Below are positions 9,887 to 24,446 of a stretch of 64,000 nt of DNA, piece by piece. The stretch comes from Ascidiella aspersa (taxonomy: Eukaryota): NCBI GenBank assembly GCA_963924565.1, contig OZ004613.1, positions 10,602,001 to 10,666,000 of the forward strand. Direction: 5' to 3'. A model generated the notes under the pieces. The model made no database searches and was not told where the DNA came from. It saw only the letters and a list, made by a program, of their open reading frames with translations. Position 1 is the stretch's first letter, and each line of letters begins with the position of its first letter. The position numbers and the translations under genes are program-made.

Positions 9887-10898
9887 TTCAACGAATGTTT
9901 AACTGCATCACTTCGAAATGTTTACACATTGATAATTGTTTTATGTCTTTAAGTCCGTCAGTCGTGTTGGTTTCATTTAGTGCATTGAGTGTAAATTCCT
10001 TTTCTTTTTCAAACAAAACAAAACAAAAATATTGATATTTTATCCACAATGATACCACTTTTTAGTTAGTTCATTATATACCGAATACATTCTGTTGTTT
10101 TTGTTGAAGATAAAATTTGAATGATATTTCGTTATTCTTCCATCTTACTGCAAACAGCTGGGTATCCAAGACTGGCTATCTTATCAAAAGGATCAATTGC
10201 CTTTGGTTACACACTTTAGATTAAGTAGGAATTCGTGTGAATAGCTTTGGTTCACTTTGCGTTGCAACTACTCTCAAAAGATAAAACAATAATCAATCTG
10301 GCGAAGATTGAGTGTGTTATTACGATAAAGAAGAAATAATTTCAAACGACATTATGTAAATCACGAGATACAACAGAGATGGTTCACGACAAATTTTTTC
10401 CTCACACGTAACCATCGTCGATGTAAGTTGGACAACGACAAGCTACTTTTGGAAGACATTTTATAATGTATTATTTCTTAAGCTGTCGTTTTCAATTGAA
10501 ATTGATAACTGCTTTAGAGACTGGTGAAAGTATATAACATACATTATGTGTTGTACCAAATTTTGGTGTGATTTTAATATTCGTAAATGCACCGATCCAC
10601 TCGGAATTTTGTATGCAGTTTTTCTATTACCTGAAAAAGTTATTTTTTTCTTGCCAGAGTGCTTAACTTCTGATTAGTAGAACACGTGTGTGTTGCAATT
10701 CACTAGATAATGAAGTGTCTAACAACTAATTACACCAATCAATTGTTTTAATTCGTGTTTACCATTAGTTGTTGATTTGTACAGCCAGTTCCGTAGCTTG
10801 AAAGTATATGTTGATCAATCGGCTCATCTAATGACGTCATTTAATAGGGCTGCGCGTCTGCGGCCACATTGATAGGCCCAATTTCGACTCGCTTTTTC

Positions 10899-11200
10899 GC
10901 CGGGCTCGTTGGTGTGGGCCTGTAATCCGAACGACTTCGGAGGCTAGAGTTGGAGGACGGCTTGAGAATGGGAGTTCTGCGGCGCATTGACCTATGTCGA
11001 TCGGGCGTCCGCGCTAAGCTCGGCGTCAATATGGAGATCTCGGGGGAGCCTGAGATGTCCAGGTTGTCCAAGGAGGAACGAACCGGGCCAGGCCCGTAAG
11101 GGAGCAGCCAAAAGTTCCCACGTCGTTCAGTAGCGGGATAGCGCCTGTGAATAGGCAAGGTGTCGTAGCCCATTCAATACAGCAGGACCCAATTCTTTTT
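10899..11200 (+). ncRNA. RN7SL: 7SL/SRP RNA copy 3 (GGAG loop)
   Basis: GCCGGGC 5' end, Alu helices 3/4 with UGU, helix 6 ATCTCGGG-GGAG-CCTGAGAT, helix 8 GGC-CAGG-CCC-GTAA-GGG-AGCA-GCC (SRP54 site), GAATGGG/CCCATTC pairing, T5 terminator. Confidence 0.95.
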
Positions 11201-12221
11201 CAACGAATGTTTAACTGCATCACTTCGAAATGTTTACACATTGATAATTTTTTTATGTCTTTAAGTCCGTCAGCCGTGTTGGTTTCATTTAGAGCATTGA
11301 GTGTAAATTACTTTTATTTTTCAAACAAAACAAAACAAAAATATTGATATTTTATCCACAATGATACCACTTTTTAGTTAGTTTATTATATCCCGAATAC
11401 ATTCTGTTGTTTTTGTTGAAGATAAAATTTGAATGATATTTCGTTATTCTTCCATCTTACTGCAAACAGCTGGGTATCCAAGACTGGCTATCTTATCAAA
11501 AGGATCAATTGCCTTTGGTTACACACTTTAGATTAAGTAGGAATTCGTGTTAATTGCTTTGGTTCACTTTGCGTTGCAACTACTCACTAAAGATAAAACA
11601 ATAATCAATCTGGCAAAGATTGGGTGTGTTGTTACGATAAGGCAGAAATAATTTCAAACGAGCATTATGTAAATCACGAGATACAACAGAGATGGTTCAC
11701 GACAAAGTTTTTTCCTCACACGTAACCATCGTCGATATATCAAAATGTAATTTGGACAACGACAAACCACTTTTGGAAGACATTTTATAAAGTATTATTT
11801 CTTAAGCTGTCGTTTTCAGATAAAATTGATAACTCTTTTAGAGACTGGTGAAAGTATATAATATACATTATGTGATCTACCAAATTTTGGTGAGATTTTA
11901 ATATTCGTAAATGCACTGATACACTCGGAATTTTGTATGCAGTTTTTCTATTACCTGAAAAAATATTTTTTCCTTGCCCGAGTGCTTAACTTCCGATTAG
12001 TAGAATACGTGTGTGTAAGAATTCACTAGATAATGAAGTGTTTAACAACTAATTACACCAATCAATTGTTTTAATTCGCGTTTACCATTAGTTGTTGATT
12101 TGTACAGCCAGTTCCATAGCTTGAATGTATACTTAGATCAGTCGGCTCATCTAATGACGTCATTTAATAGGGCTGCGCGTCTGCGGCCACATTGATAGGC
12201 CCAATTTCGACTCGCTTTTTC

Positions 12222-12523
12222 GCCGGGCTCGTTGGTGTGGGCCTGTAATCCGAACGACTTCGGAGGCTAGAGTTGGAGGACGGCTTGAGAATGGGAGTTC
12301 TGCGGCGCATTGACCTATGTCGATCGGGCGTCCGCGCTAAGCTCGGCGTCAATATGGAGATCTTGGGGAAGCCTGAGATGTCCAGGTTGTCCAAGGAGGA
12401 ACGAACCGGGCCAGGCCCGTAAGGGAGCAGCCAAAAGTTCCCACGTCGTTCAGTAGCGGGATAGCGCCTGTGAATAGGCAAGGTGTCGTAGCCCATTCAA
12501 TACAGCACGACCCAATTCTTTTT
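12222..12523 (+). ncRNA. RN7SL: 7SL/SRP RNA copy 4 (GAAG loop)
   Basis: Same hallmarks as copy 3. Confidence 0.93.
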
Positions 12524-13544
12524 CAACGAATGTTTTACTGCATCAATCACTTGTAAATGTATACACATTGATAATTTTTTTATGTATTTAAGTCCGTCAG
12601 TCGTGTTGGTTTCATTTAGAGCATTGAGTGTGAATTACTTTTATATTTCAAACAAAACAAAAATATTGATATTTTATCCACAATGATACCACTTTTTAGT
12701 TAGTTTATTATATCCCGAATACATTCTGTTGTTTTTGTTGAAGATAAAATTTGAATGATATTTCGTTATCCTTCCATCTTACTGCAAACAGCTGGGTATC
12801 CAAGACTGGCTATCTTATCAAAAGGATCAATTGCATTTGGTTACACACTTTAAATTAAGTAGGAATTCGTGTGAATTGCTTTGGTTCACTTTGCGTTGCA
12901 ACTACTCACTAAAGATAAAACAATAATCAATCTGGCGAAGATTGGGTGTGTTGTTACGATAAGGCAGAAATAATTTCAAACGAGCATTATGTAAATCACG
13001 AGATACAACAGAGATGGTTCACGACAAAGTTTTTCCTCACACGTAACCATCGTCGATATATCAAAATGTAAGTTGGACAACGACAAACCACTTTTGGAAG
13101 ACATTTTATAATGTATCATTTCTTAAGCTGTCGTTTTCAATTAAAATTGATAACTGTTTTAGAGACTGGTGAAAGTATATAATATACATTATGTATTGCA
13201 CCAAATTTTGGTGTGATTTTAATATTCGTAAATGCACCGATACACTCGGAATTTTGTATGCAGTTTTTCTATTACCTGAAAAAAATTATTTTTTCCTTGC
13301 CCGAGTGCTTAACTTCTGATTAGTAGAACACGTGTGTGTTGCAATTCACTAGATAATGAAGTGTCTAACAACTAATTACACCAATCAATTGTTTTAATTC
13401 GTTTTTACCATTAGTTGTTGATTTGTAAAGCCAGTTCCATAGCTTGAATGTATACTTAGATCAGTCGGCTCATCTAATAACGTCATTTAATAGGGCTGCG
13501 CGTCTGCGGCCACATTGATAGGCCCAATTTCGACTCGCTTTTTC

Positions 13545-13848
13545 GCCGGGCTCGTTGGTGTGGGCCTGTAATCCAAACGACTTCGGAGGCTAGAGTTGGA
13601 GGACGGCTTGAGAATGGGAGTTCTGCGGCGCATTGACCTATGTCGATCGGGCGTCCGCGCTAAGCTCGGCGTCAATATGGAGATCTCGGGGGAGCCTGAG
13701 ATGTCCAGGTTGTCCAAGGAGGAACGAACCGGGCCAGGCCCGTAAGGGAGCAGCCAAAAGTTCCCACGTCGTTCAGTAGCGGGATAGCGCCTGTGAATAG
13801 GCAAGGTGTCGTAGCCCATTCAATATACAGCAGGACCCAATTCTTTTT
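13545..13848 (+). ncRNA. RN7SL: 7SL/SRP RNA copy 5 (GGAG, 2-nt insertion near 3' end)
   Basis: Same hallmarks as copy 3. Confidence 0.9.
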
Positions 13849-14875
13849 CAACGAATGTTTTACTGCATCAATCACTTGTAAATGTTTACACATTGATAAT
13901 TTTTTTATGTCTTTAAGTCCGTCAGCCGTGTTGGTTTCATTTAGAGCATTGAGTGTAAATTACTTTTATTTTTCAAACAAAACAAAACAAAAATATTGAT
14001 ATTTTATCCACAATGATACCACTTTTTAGTTAGTTCATTATATACCGAATACATTCTGTTGTTTTTGTTGAAGATAAAATTAGAATGATATTTCGTTATT
14101 CTTCCATCTTACTGCAAACAGCTGGGTATCCAAGACTGGCTATCTTATCAAAAGGATCAATTGCCTTTGGTTACACACTTTAAATTAAGTAGGAATTCGT
14201 GTGAATTGCTTTGGTTCACTTTGCGTTGCAACTACTCACTAAAGATAAAACAATAATCAATCTGGCGAAGATTGGGTGTGTTGTTACGATAAGGCAGAAA
14301 TAATTTCAAACGAGCATTATGTAAATCACGAGATACAAAAGAGATGGTTCACGACAAAGTTTTTTCCTCACACGTAACCATCGTCGATATATCAAATTGT
14401 AAGTTGGACAACGACAAACCACTTTTGGAAGACATTTTATAATGTATTATTTCTTAAGCTGTCGTTTTCAATTAAAATTGATAATTGTTTCAGAGACTGG
14501 TGAAAGTATATAATATACATTATGTATTGCACCAAATTTTGGTGTGATTTTAATATTCGTAAATGCACCGATACACTCGGAATTTTGTATGCAGTTTTTC
14601 TATTACCTGAAAAAAATTATTTTTTCCTTGCCCGAGTGCTTAACTTCTGATTAGTAGAACACGTGTGTGTTGCAATTCACTAGATAATGAAGTGTCTAAC
14701 AACTAATTACACCAATCAATTGTTTTAATTCGTTTTTACCATTAGTTGTTGATTTGTAAAGCCAGTTCCATAGCTTGAATGTATACTTAGATCAGTCGGC
14801 TCATCTAATAACGTCATTTAATAGGGCTGCGCGTCTGCGGCCACATTGATAGGCCCAATTTCGACTCGCTTTTTC

Positions 14876-15177
14876 GCCGGGCTCGTTGGTGTGGGCCTGT
14901 AATCCAAACGACTTCGGAGGCTAGAGTTGGAGGACGGCTTGAGAATGGGAGTTCTGCGGCGCATTGACCTATGTCGATCGGGCGTCCGCGCTAAGCTCGG
15001 CGTCAATATGGAGATCTCGGGGGAGCCTGAGATGTCCAGGTTGTCCAAGGAGGAACGAACCGGGCCAGGCCCGTAAGGGAGCAGCCAAAAGTTCCCACGT
15101 CGTTCAGTAGCGGGATAGCGCCTGTGAATAGGCAAGGTGTCGTAGCCCATTCAATACAGCAGGACCCAATTCTTTTT
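14876..15177 (+). ncRNA. RN7SL: 7SL/SRP RNA copy 6 (GGAG)
   Basis: Same hallmarks as copy 3. Confidence 0.93.
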
Positions 15178-16202
15178 CAACGAATGTTTTACTGCATCAA
15201 TCACTTGTAAATGTTTACACATTGATAATTTTTTTATGTCTTTAAGTCCGTCAGCCGTGTTGGTTTCATTTAGAGCATTGAGTGTAAATTACTTTTATTT
15301 TTCAAACAAAACAAAACAAAAATATTGATATTTTATCCACAATGATACCACTTTTTAGTTAGTTCATTATATACCGAATACATTCTGTTGTTTTTGTTGA
15401 AGATAAAATTAGAATGATATTTCGTTATTCTTCCATCTTACTGCAAACAGCTGGGTATCCAAGACTGGCTATCTTATCAAAAGGATCAATTGCCTTTGGT
15501 TACACACTTTAGATTAAGTAGGAATTCGTGTGAATTGCTTTGGTTCACTTTGCGTTGCAACTACTCACTAAAGATAAAACAATAATCAATCTGGCGAAGA
15601 TTGGGTGTGTTGTTACGATAAGGCAGAAATAATTTCAAACGAGCATTATGTAAATCACGAGATACAAAAGAGATGGTTCACGACAAAGTTTTTTCCTCAC
15701 ACGTAACCATCGTCGATATATCAAAATGTAAGTTGGACAACGACAAACCACTTTTGGAAGACATTTTATAAAGTATTATTTCTTAAGCTGTCGTTTTCAG
15801 ATAAAATTGATAACTCTTTTAGAGACTGGTGAAAGTATATAATATACATTATGTGATCTACCAAATTTTGGTGTGATTTTAATATTCGTAAATGCACTGA
15901 TCCACTCGGAATTTTGTATGCAGTTTTTCTATTACCTGAAAAAATATTTTTTCCTTGCCCGAGTGCTTAACTTCCGATTAGTAGAATACGTGTGTGTAAG
16001 AATTCACTAGATAATGAAGTGTTTAACAACTAATTACACCAATCAATTGTTTTAATTCGTGTTTACCATTAGTTGTTGATTTGTACAGCCAGTTCCATAG
16101 CTTGAATGTATACTTAGATCAGTCGGCTCATCTAATGACGTCATTTAATAGGGCTGCGCGTCTGCGGCCACATTGATAGGCCCAATTTCGACTCGCTTTT
16201 TC

Positions 16203-16504
16203 GCCGGGCTCGTTGGTGAGGGCCTGTAATCCGAACGACTTCGGAGGCTAGAGTTGGAGGACGGCTTGAGAATGGGAGTTCTGCGGCGCATTGACCTATG
16301 TCGATCGGGCGTCCGCGCTAAGCTCGGCGTCAATATGGAGATCTTTGGGAAGCCTGAGATGTCCAGGTTGTCCAAGGAGGAACGAACCGGGCCAGGCCCG
16401 TAAGGGAGCAGCCAAAAGTTCCCACGTCGTTCAGTAGCGGGATAGCGCCTGTGAATAGGCAAGGTGTCGTAGCCCATTCAATACAGCAGGACCCAATTCT
16501 TTTT
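16203..16504 (+). ncRNA. RN7SL: 7SL/SRP RNA copy 7 (GAAG)
   Basis: Same hallmarks as copy 3. Confidence 0.93.
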
Positions 16505-17532
16505 CAACGAATGTTTTACTGCATCAATCACTTGTAAATGTATACACATTGATAATTTTTTTATGTATTTAAGTCCGTCAGCCGTGTTGGTTTCATTTAG
16601 AGCATTGAGTGTAAATTACTTTTATTTTTCAAACAAAACAAAACAAAAATATTGATATTTTATCCACAATGATACCACTTTTTAGTTAGTTCATTATATC
16701 CCGAATACATTCTGTTGTTTTTGTTGAAGGTAAAATTTGAATGATATTTCGTTATTCTTCCATCTTACTGCAAACAGCTGGGTATCCAAGACTGGCTATC
16801 TTATCAAAAGGATCAATTGCATTTGGTTACACACTTTAGATTAAGTAGGAATTCGTGTGAATTGCTTTGGTTCACTTTGCGTTGCAACTACTCACTAAAG
16901 ATAAAACAATAATCAATCTGGCGAAGATTGGGTGTGTTGTTACGATAAGGCAGAAATAATTTCAAACGAGCATTATGTAAATCACGAGATACAACAGAGA
17001 TGGTTCACGACAAAGTTTTTTCCTCACACGTAACCATCGTCGATATATCAAATTGTAAGTTGGACAACGACAAACCACTTTTGGAAGACATTTTATAATG
17101 TATTATTTCTTAAGCTGTCGTTTTCAATTAAAATTGATAATTGTTTCAGAGACTGGTGAAAGTATATAATATACATTATGTATTGCACCAAATTTTGGTG
17201 TGATTTTAATATTCGTAAATGCACCGATACACTCGGAATTTTGTATGCAGTTTTTCTATTACCTGAAAAAAATTATTTTTTCCTTGCCCGAGTGCTTAAC
17301 TTCTGATTAGTAGAATACGTGTGTGTTGCAATTTACTAGATAATGAAGTGTCTAACGACTAATTACACCAATCAATTGTTTTAATTCGTTTTTACCATTA
17401 GTTGTTGATTTGTAAAGCCAGTTCCATAGCTTGAATGTATTCTTAGATCAGTCGGCTCATCTAATGACGTCATTTAATAGGGCTGCGCGTCTGCGGCTAC
17501 ATTGATAGGCCCAATTTCGACTCGCTTTTTTC

Positions 17533-17834
17533 GCCGGGCTCGTTGGTGTGGGCCTGTAATCCAAACGACTTCGGAGGCTAGAGTTGGAGGACGGCTTGAG
17601 AATGGGAGTTCTGCGGCGCATTGACCTATGTCGATCGGGCGTCCGCGCTAAGCTCGGCGTCAATATGGAGATCTCGGGGGAGCCTGAGATGTCCAGATTG
17701 TCCAAGGAGGAACGAACCGGGCCAGGCCCGTAAGGGAGCAGCCAAAAGTTCCCACGTCGTTCAGTAGCGGGATAGCGCCTGTGAATAGGCAAGGTGTCGT
17801 AGCCCATTCAATACAGCAGGACCCAATTCTTTTT
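17533..17834 (+). ncRNA. RN7SL: 7SL/SRP RNA copy 8 (GGAG)
   Basis: Same hallmarks as copy 3. Confidence 0.93.
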
Positions 17835-18859
17835 CAACGAATGTTTTACTGCATCAATCACTTGTAAATGTTTACACATTGATAATTTTTTTATGTCTTT
17901 AAGTCCGTCAGCCGTGTTGGTTTCATTTAGAGCATTGAGTGTAAATTACTTTTATTTTTCAAACAAAACAAAACAAAAATATTGATATTTTATCCACAAT
18001 GATACCACTTTTTAGTTAGTTCATTGTATACCGAATACATTCTGTTGTTTTTGTTGAAGATAAAATTAGAATGATATTTCGTTATTCTTCCATCTTACTG
18101 CAAACAGCTGGGTATCCAAGACTGGCTATCTTATCAAAAGGATCAATTGCCTTTGGTTACACACTTTAGATTAAGTAGGAATTCGTGTGAATTGCTTTGG
18201 TTCACTTTGCGTTGCAACTACTCACTAAAGATAAAACAATAATCAATCTGGCGAAGATTGGGTGTGTTGTTACGATAAGGCAGAAATAATTTCAAACGAG
18301 CATTATGTAAATCACGAGATACAACAGAGATGGTTCACGACAAAGTTTTTTCCTCACACGTAACCATCGTCGATATATCAAAATGTAAGTTGGACAACGA
18401 CAAACAACTTTTGGAAGACATTTTATAAAGTATTATTTCTTAAGCTGTCGTTTTCAGATAAAATTGATAACTCTTTTAGAGACTGGTGAAAGTATATAAT
18501 ATACATTATGTGATCTACCAAATTTTGTTGTGATTTTAATATTCGTAAATGCACTGATCCACTCGGAATTTTGTATGCAGTTTTTCTATTACCTGAAAAA
18601 ATATTTTTTCCTTGCCCGAGTGCTTAACTTCCGATTAGTAGAATACGTGTGTGTAAGAATTCACTAGATAATGAAGTTTTTAACAACTAATTACACCAAT
18701 CAATTGTTTTAATTCGTGTTTGCCATTAGTTGTTGATTTGTACAGCCAGTTCCATAGCTTGAATGTATACTTAGATCAGTCGGCTCATCTAATGACGTCA
18801 TTTAATAGGGCTGCGCGTCTGCGGCCACATTGATAGGCCCAATTTCGACTCGCTTTTTC

Positions 18860-19161
18860 GCCGGGCTCGTTGATGTGGGCCTGTAATCCGAACGACTTCG
18901 GAGGCTAGAGTTGGAGGACGGCTTGAGAATGGGAGTTCTGCGGCGCATTGACCTATGTCGATCGGGCGTCCGCGCTAAGCTCGGCGTCAATATGGAGATC
19001 TTGGGGAAGCCTGAGATGTCCAGGTTGTCCAAGGAGGAACGAACCGGGCCAGGCCCGTAAGGGAGCAGCCAAAAGTTCCCACGTCGTTCAGTAGCGGGAT
19101 AGCGCATGTGAATAGGCAAGGTGTCGTAGCCCATTCAATACAGCAGGACCCAGTTCTTTTT
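18860..19161 (+). ncRNA. RN7SL: 7SL/SRP RNA copy 9 (GAAG)
   Basis: Same hallmarks as copy 3. Confidence 0.93.
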
Positions 19162-20188
19162 CAACGAATGTTTTACTGCATCAATCACTTGTAAATGTAT
19201 ACACATTGATAATTTTTTTATGTATTTAAGTCCGTCAGCCGTGTTGGTTTCATTTAGAGCATTGAGTGTAAATTACTTTTATTTTTCAAACAAAACAAAA
19301 CAAAAATATTGATATTTTATCCACAATGATACCACTTTTTAGTTAGTTCATTATATCCCGAATACATTCTGTTGTTTTTGTTGAATGTAAAATTTGAATG
19401 ATATTTCGTTATTCTTCCATCTTACTGCAAACAGCTGGGTATCCAAGACTGGCTATCTTATCAAAAGAATCAATTGCATGTGGTTACAAACTTTAGATTA
19501 AGTAGGAATTCGTGTGAATTGCTTTGGTTCACTTTGCGTTGCAACTACTCACTAAAGATAAAACAATAATCAATCTGGCGAAGATTGGGTGTGTCATTAC
19601 GATAAAGCAGAAATAATTTCAAACGAGCATTATGTAAATCACGAGATACAAACGAGATGGTTCACGACAAAGTTTTTTCCTCACACGTAACCATCGTCGA
19701 TATACCAAAATGTAAGTTGGACAACGACAAACCACTTTTGGAAGACATTTTATAATGTATTATTTCTTAAGCTCTCGTTTTCAATTGAAATTGATATCTC
19801 TTTTAGAGACTGGTGAAAGTATATAATATACATTATGTGTTGCACCAAATTTTGGTGTAATTTTAATATTCGTAAATGCACCGATCCACTCGGAATTATG
19901 TATGCAGTTTTTCTATTACCTGAAACAATTTTTTTTTTCCTTGCCCGAGTACTTGACTTCCGATTAGCAGAATACGTGTGTGTAATAATTCACCAGATAA
20001 TGAAGTGTTTAACAACTAATTACACCAATCAATTGTTTTAATTCGTGTTTACCATTAGTTGTTGATTTGTACAGCCAGTTCCGTAGCTTGAAAGTATACT
20101 TAGATCAGTCGGCTCATCTAATGACGTCATTTAATAGGGCTGCGCGTCTGCGGCCACATTGATAGGCCCAATTTCGACTCGCATTTTC

Positions 20189-20490
20189 GCCGGGCTCGTT
20201 GGTGTGGGCCTGTAATCCGAACGACTTCGGTGGCTAGAGTTGGAGGACGGCTTGAGAATGGGAGTTCTGCGGCGCATTGACCTATGTCGATCGGGCGTCC
20301 GCGCTAAGCTCGGCGTCAATATGGAGATCTCGGGGGAGCCTGAGATGTCCAGGTTGTCCAAGGAGGAACGAACCGGGCCAGGCCCGTAAGGGAGCAGCCA
20401 AAACTTCCCACGTCATTCAGTAGCGGGATAGCGCCTGTGAATAGGCAAGGTGTCGTAGCCCATTCAATACAGCAGGACCCAATTCTTTTT
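20189..20490 (+). ncRNA. RN7SL: 7SL/SRP RNA copy 10 (GGAG)
   Basis: Same hallmarks as copy 3. Confidence 0.93.
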
Positions 20491-21500
20491 CAACGAATGT
20501 TTAACTGCATCACTTCGAAATGTTTACACATTGATAATTGTTTTATGTCTTTAAGTCCGTCAGTCGTGTTGGTTTCATTTAGTGCATTGAGTGTAAATTC
20601 CTTTTCTTTTTCAAACAAAACAAAACAAAAATATTGATATTTTATCCACAATGATACCAGTTTTTATTTAGTTCATTATATCCCGAATACATTCTGTTGT
20701 TTTTGTTGAAGATAAAATTAGAATGATATTTCGTTATTCTTCCATCTTACTGCAAACAGCTGGGTATCCAAGACTGGCTATCTTATCAAAAGGATCAATT
20801 GCCTTTGGTTACACACTTTAGATTAAGTAGGAATTCGTGTGAATAGCTTTGGTTCACTTTGCGTTGCAACTACTCTCAAAAGATAAAACAATAATCAATC
20901 TGGCGAAGATTGAGTGTGTTATTACGATAAAGAAGAAATAATTTCAAACGACATTATGTAAATCACGAGATACAACAGAGATGGTTCACGACAAATTTTT
21001 TCCTCACACGTAACCATCGTCGATGTAAGTTGGACAACGACAAGCTACTTTTGGAAGACATTTTATAATGTATTATTTCTTAAGCTGTTGTTTTCAATTG
21101 AAATTGATAACTGCTTTAGAGACTGGTGAAAGTATATAACATACATTATGTGTTGTACCAAATTTTGGTGTGATTTTAATATTCGTAAATGCACCGATCC
21201 ACTCGGAATTTTGTATGCAGTTTTTCTATTACCTGAAAAAGTTATTTTTTTCTTGCCAGAGTGCTTAACTTCTGATTAGTAGAACACGTGTGTGTTGCAA
21301 TTCACTAGATAATGAAGTGTCTAACAACTAATTACACCAATCAATTGTTTTAATTCGTGTTTACCATTAGTTGTTGATTTGTACAGCCAGTTCCGTAGCT
21401 TGAAAGTATATGTTGATCAATCGGCTCATCTAATGACGTCATTTAATAGGGCTGCGCGTCTGCGGCCACATTGATAGGCCCAATTTCGACTCGCTTTTTC

Positions 21501-21801
21501 GCCGGGCTCGTTGGTGTGGGCCTGTAATCCGAACGACTTCGGAGGCTAGAGTTGGAGGACGGCTTGAGAATGGGAGTTCTGCGGCGCATTGACCTATGTC
21601 GATCGGGCGTCCGCGCTAAGCTCGGCGTTAATATGGAAATCCCGGGGAGCCTGAGATGTCCAGGTTGTCCAAGGAGGAACGAACCGGGCCAGGCCCGTAA
21701 GGGAGCAGCCAAAAGTTCCCACGTCGTTCAGTAGCGGGATAGCGCCTGTGAATAGGCAAGGTGTCGTAGCCCATTCAATACAGCAGGACCCAATTCTTTT
21801 T
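21501..21801 (+). ncRNA. RN7SL: 7SL/SRP RNA copy 11 (helix-6 stem variant GAAATCCCGGGGAG)
   Basis: Same hallmarks as copy 3; altered, 1-nt shorter helix 6. Confidence 0.88.
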
Positions 21802-22822
21802 CAACGAATGTTTAACTGCATCACTTCGAAATGTTTACACATTGATAATTTTTTATGTCTTTAAGTCCGTCAGCCGTGTTGGTTTCATTTAGAGCATTGA
21901 GTGTAAATTACTTTTATTTTTCAAACAAAACAAAACAAAAATATTGATATTTTATCCACAATGATACCACTTTTTAGTTAGTTTATTATATCCCGAATAC
22001 ATTCTGTTGTTTTTGTTGAAGATAAAATTTGAATGATATTTCGTTATTCTTCCATCTTACTGCAAACAGCTGGGTATCCAAGACTGGCTATCTTATCAAA
22101 AGGATCAATTGCCTTTGGTTACACACTTTAGATTAAGTAGGAATTCGTGTTAATTGCTTTGGTTCACTTTGCGTTGCAACTACTCACTAAAGATAAAACA
22201 ATAATCAATCTGGCGAAGATTGGGTGTGTTGTTACGATAAGGCAGAAATAATTTCAAACGAGCATTATGTAAATCACGAGATACAACAGAGATGGTTCAC
22301 GACAAAGTTTTTTCCTCACACGTAACCATCGTCGATATATCAAAATGTAATTTGGACAACGACAAACCACTTTTGGAAGACATTTTATAATGTATTATTT
22401 CTTAAGCTGTTGTTTTCAATTGAAATTGATAACTGCTTTAGAGACTGGTGAAAGTATATAACATACATTATGTGTTGTACCAAATTTTGGTGTGATTTTA
22501 ATATTCGTAAATGCACCGATCCACTCGGAATTTTGTATGCAGTTTTTCTATTACCTGAAAAAGTTATTTTTTTCTTGCCAGAGTGCTTAACTTCTGATTA
22601 GTAGAACACGTGTGTGTTGCAATTCACTAGATAATGAAGTGTCTAACAACTAATTACACCAATCAATTGTTTTAATTCGTGTTTACCATTAGTTGTTGAT
22701 TTGTACAGCCAGTTCCGTAGCTTGAAAGTATATGTTGATCAATCGGCTCATCTAATGACGTCATTTAATAGGGCTGCGCGTCTGCGGCCACATTGATAGG
22801 CCCAATTTCGACTCGCTTTTTC

Positions 22823-23123
22823 GCCGGGCTCGTTGGTGTGGGCCTGTAATCCGAACGACTTCGGAGGCTAGAGTTGGAGGACGGCTTGAGAATGGGAGTT
22901 CTGCGGCGCATTGACCTATGTCGATCGGGCGTCCGCGCTAAGCTCGGCGTTAATATGGAAATCCCGGGGAGCCTGAGATGTCCAGGTTGTCCAAGGAGGA
23001 ACGAACCGGGCCAGGCCCGTAAGGGAGCAGCCAAAAGTTCCCACGTCGTTCAGTAGCGGGATAGCGCCTGTGAATAGGCAAGGTGTCGTAGCCCATTCAA
23101 TACAGCAGGACCCAATTCTTTTT
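22823..23123 (+). ncRNA. RN7SL: 7SL/SRP RNA copy 12 (same variant as copy 11)
   Basis: Same hallmarks as copy 3; altered helix 6. Confidence 0.88.
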
Positions 23124-24144
23124 CAACGAATGTTTAACTGCATCACTTCGAAATGTTTACACATTGATAATTTTTTTATGTCTTTAAGTCCGTCAGCCGT
23201 GTTGGTTTCATTTAGAGCATTGAGTGTAAATTACTTTTATTTTTCAAACAAAACAAAACAAAAATATTGATATTTTATCCACAATGATACCACTTTTTAG
23301 TTAGTTTATTATATCCCGAATACATTCTGTTGTTTTTGTTGAAGATAAAATTTGAATGATATTTCGTTATTCTTCCATCTTACTGCAAACAGCTGGGTAT
23401 CCAAGACTGGCTATCTTATCAAAAGGATCAATTGCCTTTGGTTACACACTTTAGATTAAGTAGGAATTCGTGTTAATTGCTTTGGTTCACTTTGCGTTGC
23501 AACTACTCACTAAAGATAAAACAATAATCAATCTGGCGAAGATTGGGTGTGTTGTTACGATAAGGCAGAAATAATTTCAAACGAGCATTATGTAAATCAC
23601 GAGATACAACAGAGATGGTTCACGACAAAGTTTTTTCCTCACACGTAACCATCGTCGATATATCAAAATGTAATTTGGACAACGACAAACCACTTTTGGA
23701 AGACATTTTATAAAGTATTATTTCTTAAGCTGTCGTTTTCAGATAAAATTGATAACTCTTTTAGAGACTGGTGAAAGTATATAATATACATTATGTGATC
23801 TACCAAATTTTGGTGAGATTTTAATATTCGTAAATGCACTGATACACTCGGAATTTTGTATGCAGTTTTTCTATTACCTGAAAAAATATTTTTTCCTTGC
23901 CCGAGTGCTTAACTTCCGATTAGTAGAATACGTGTGTGTAAGAATTCACTAGATAATGAAGTGTTTAACAACTAATTACACCAATCAATTGTTTTAATTC
24001 GCGTTTACCATTAGTTGTTGATTTGTACAGCCAGTTCCATAGCTTGAATGTATACTTAGATCAGTCGGCTCATCTAATGACGTCATTTAATAGGGCTGCG
24101 CGTCTGCGGCCACATTGATAGGCCCAATTTCGACTCGCTTTTTC

Positions 24145-24446
24145 GCCGGGCTCGTTGGTGTGGGCCTGTAATCCGAACGACTTCGGAGGCTAGAGTTGGA
24201 GGACGGCTTGAGAATGGGAGTTCTGCGGCGCATTGACCTATGTCGATCGGGCGTCCGCGCTAAGCTCGGCGTCAATATGGAGATCTTGGGGAAGCCTGAG
24301 ATGTCCAGGTTGTCCAAGGAGGAACGAACCGGGCCAGGCCCGTAAGGGAGCAGCCAAAAGTTCCCACGTCGTTCAGTAGCGGGATAGCGCCTGTGAATAG
24401 GCAAGGTGTCGTAGCCCATTCAATACAGCACGACCCAATTCTTTTT
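24145..24446 (+). ncRNA. RN7SL: 7SL/SRP RNA copy 13 (GAAG)
   Basis: Same hallmarks as copy 3. Confidence 0.93.
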
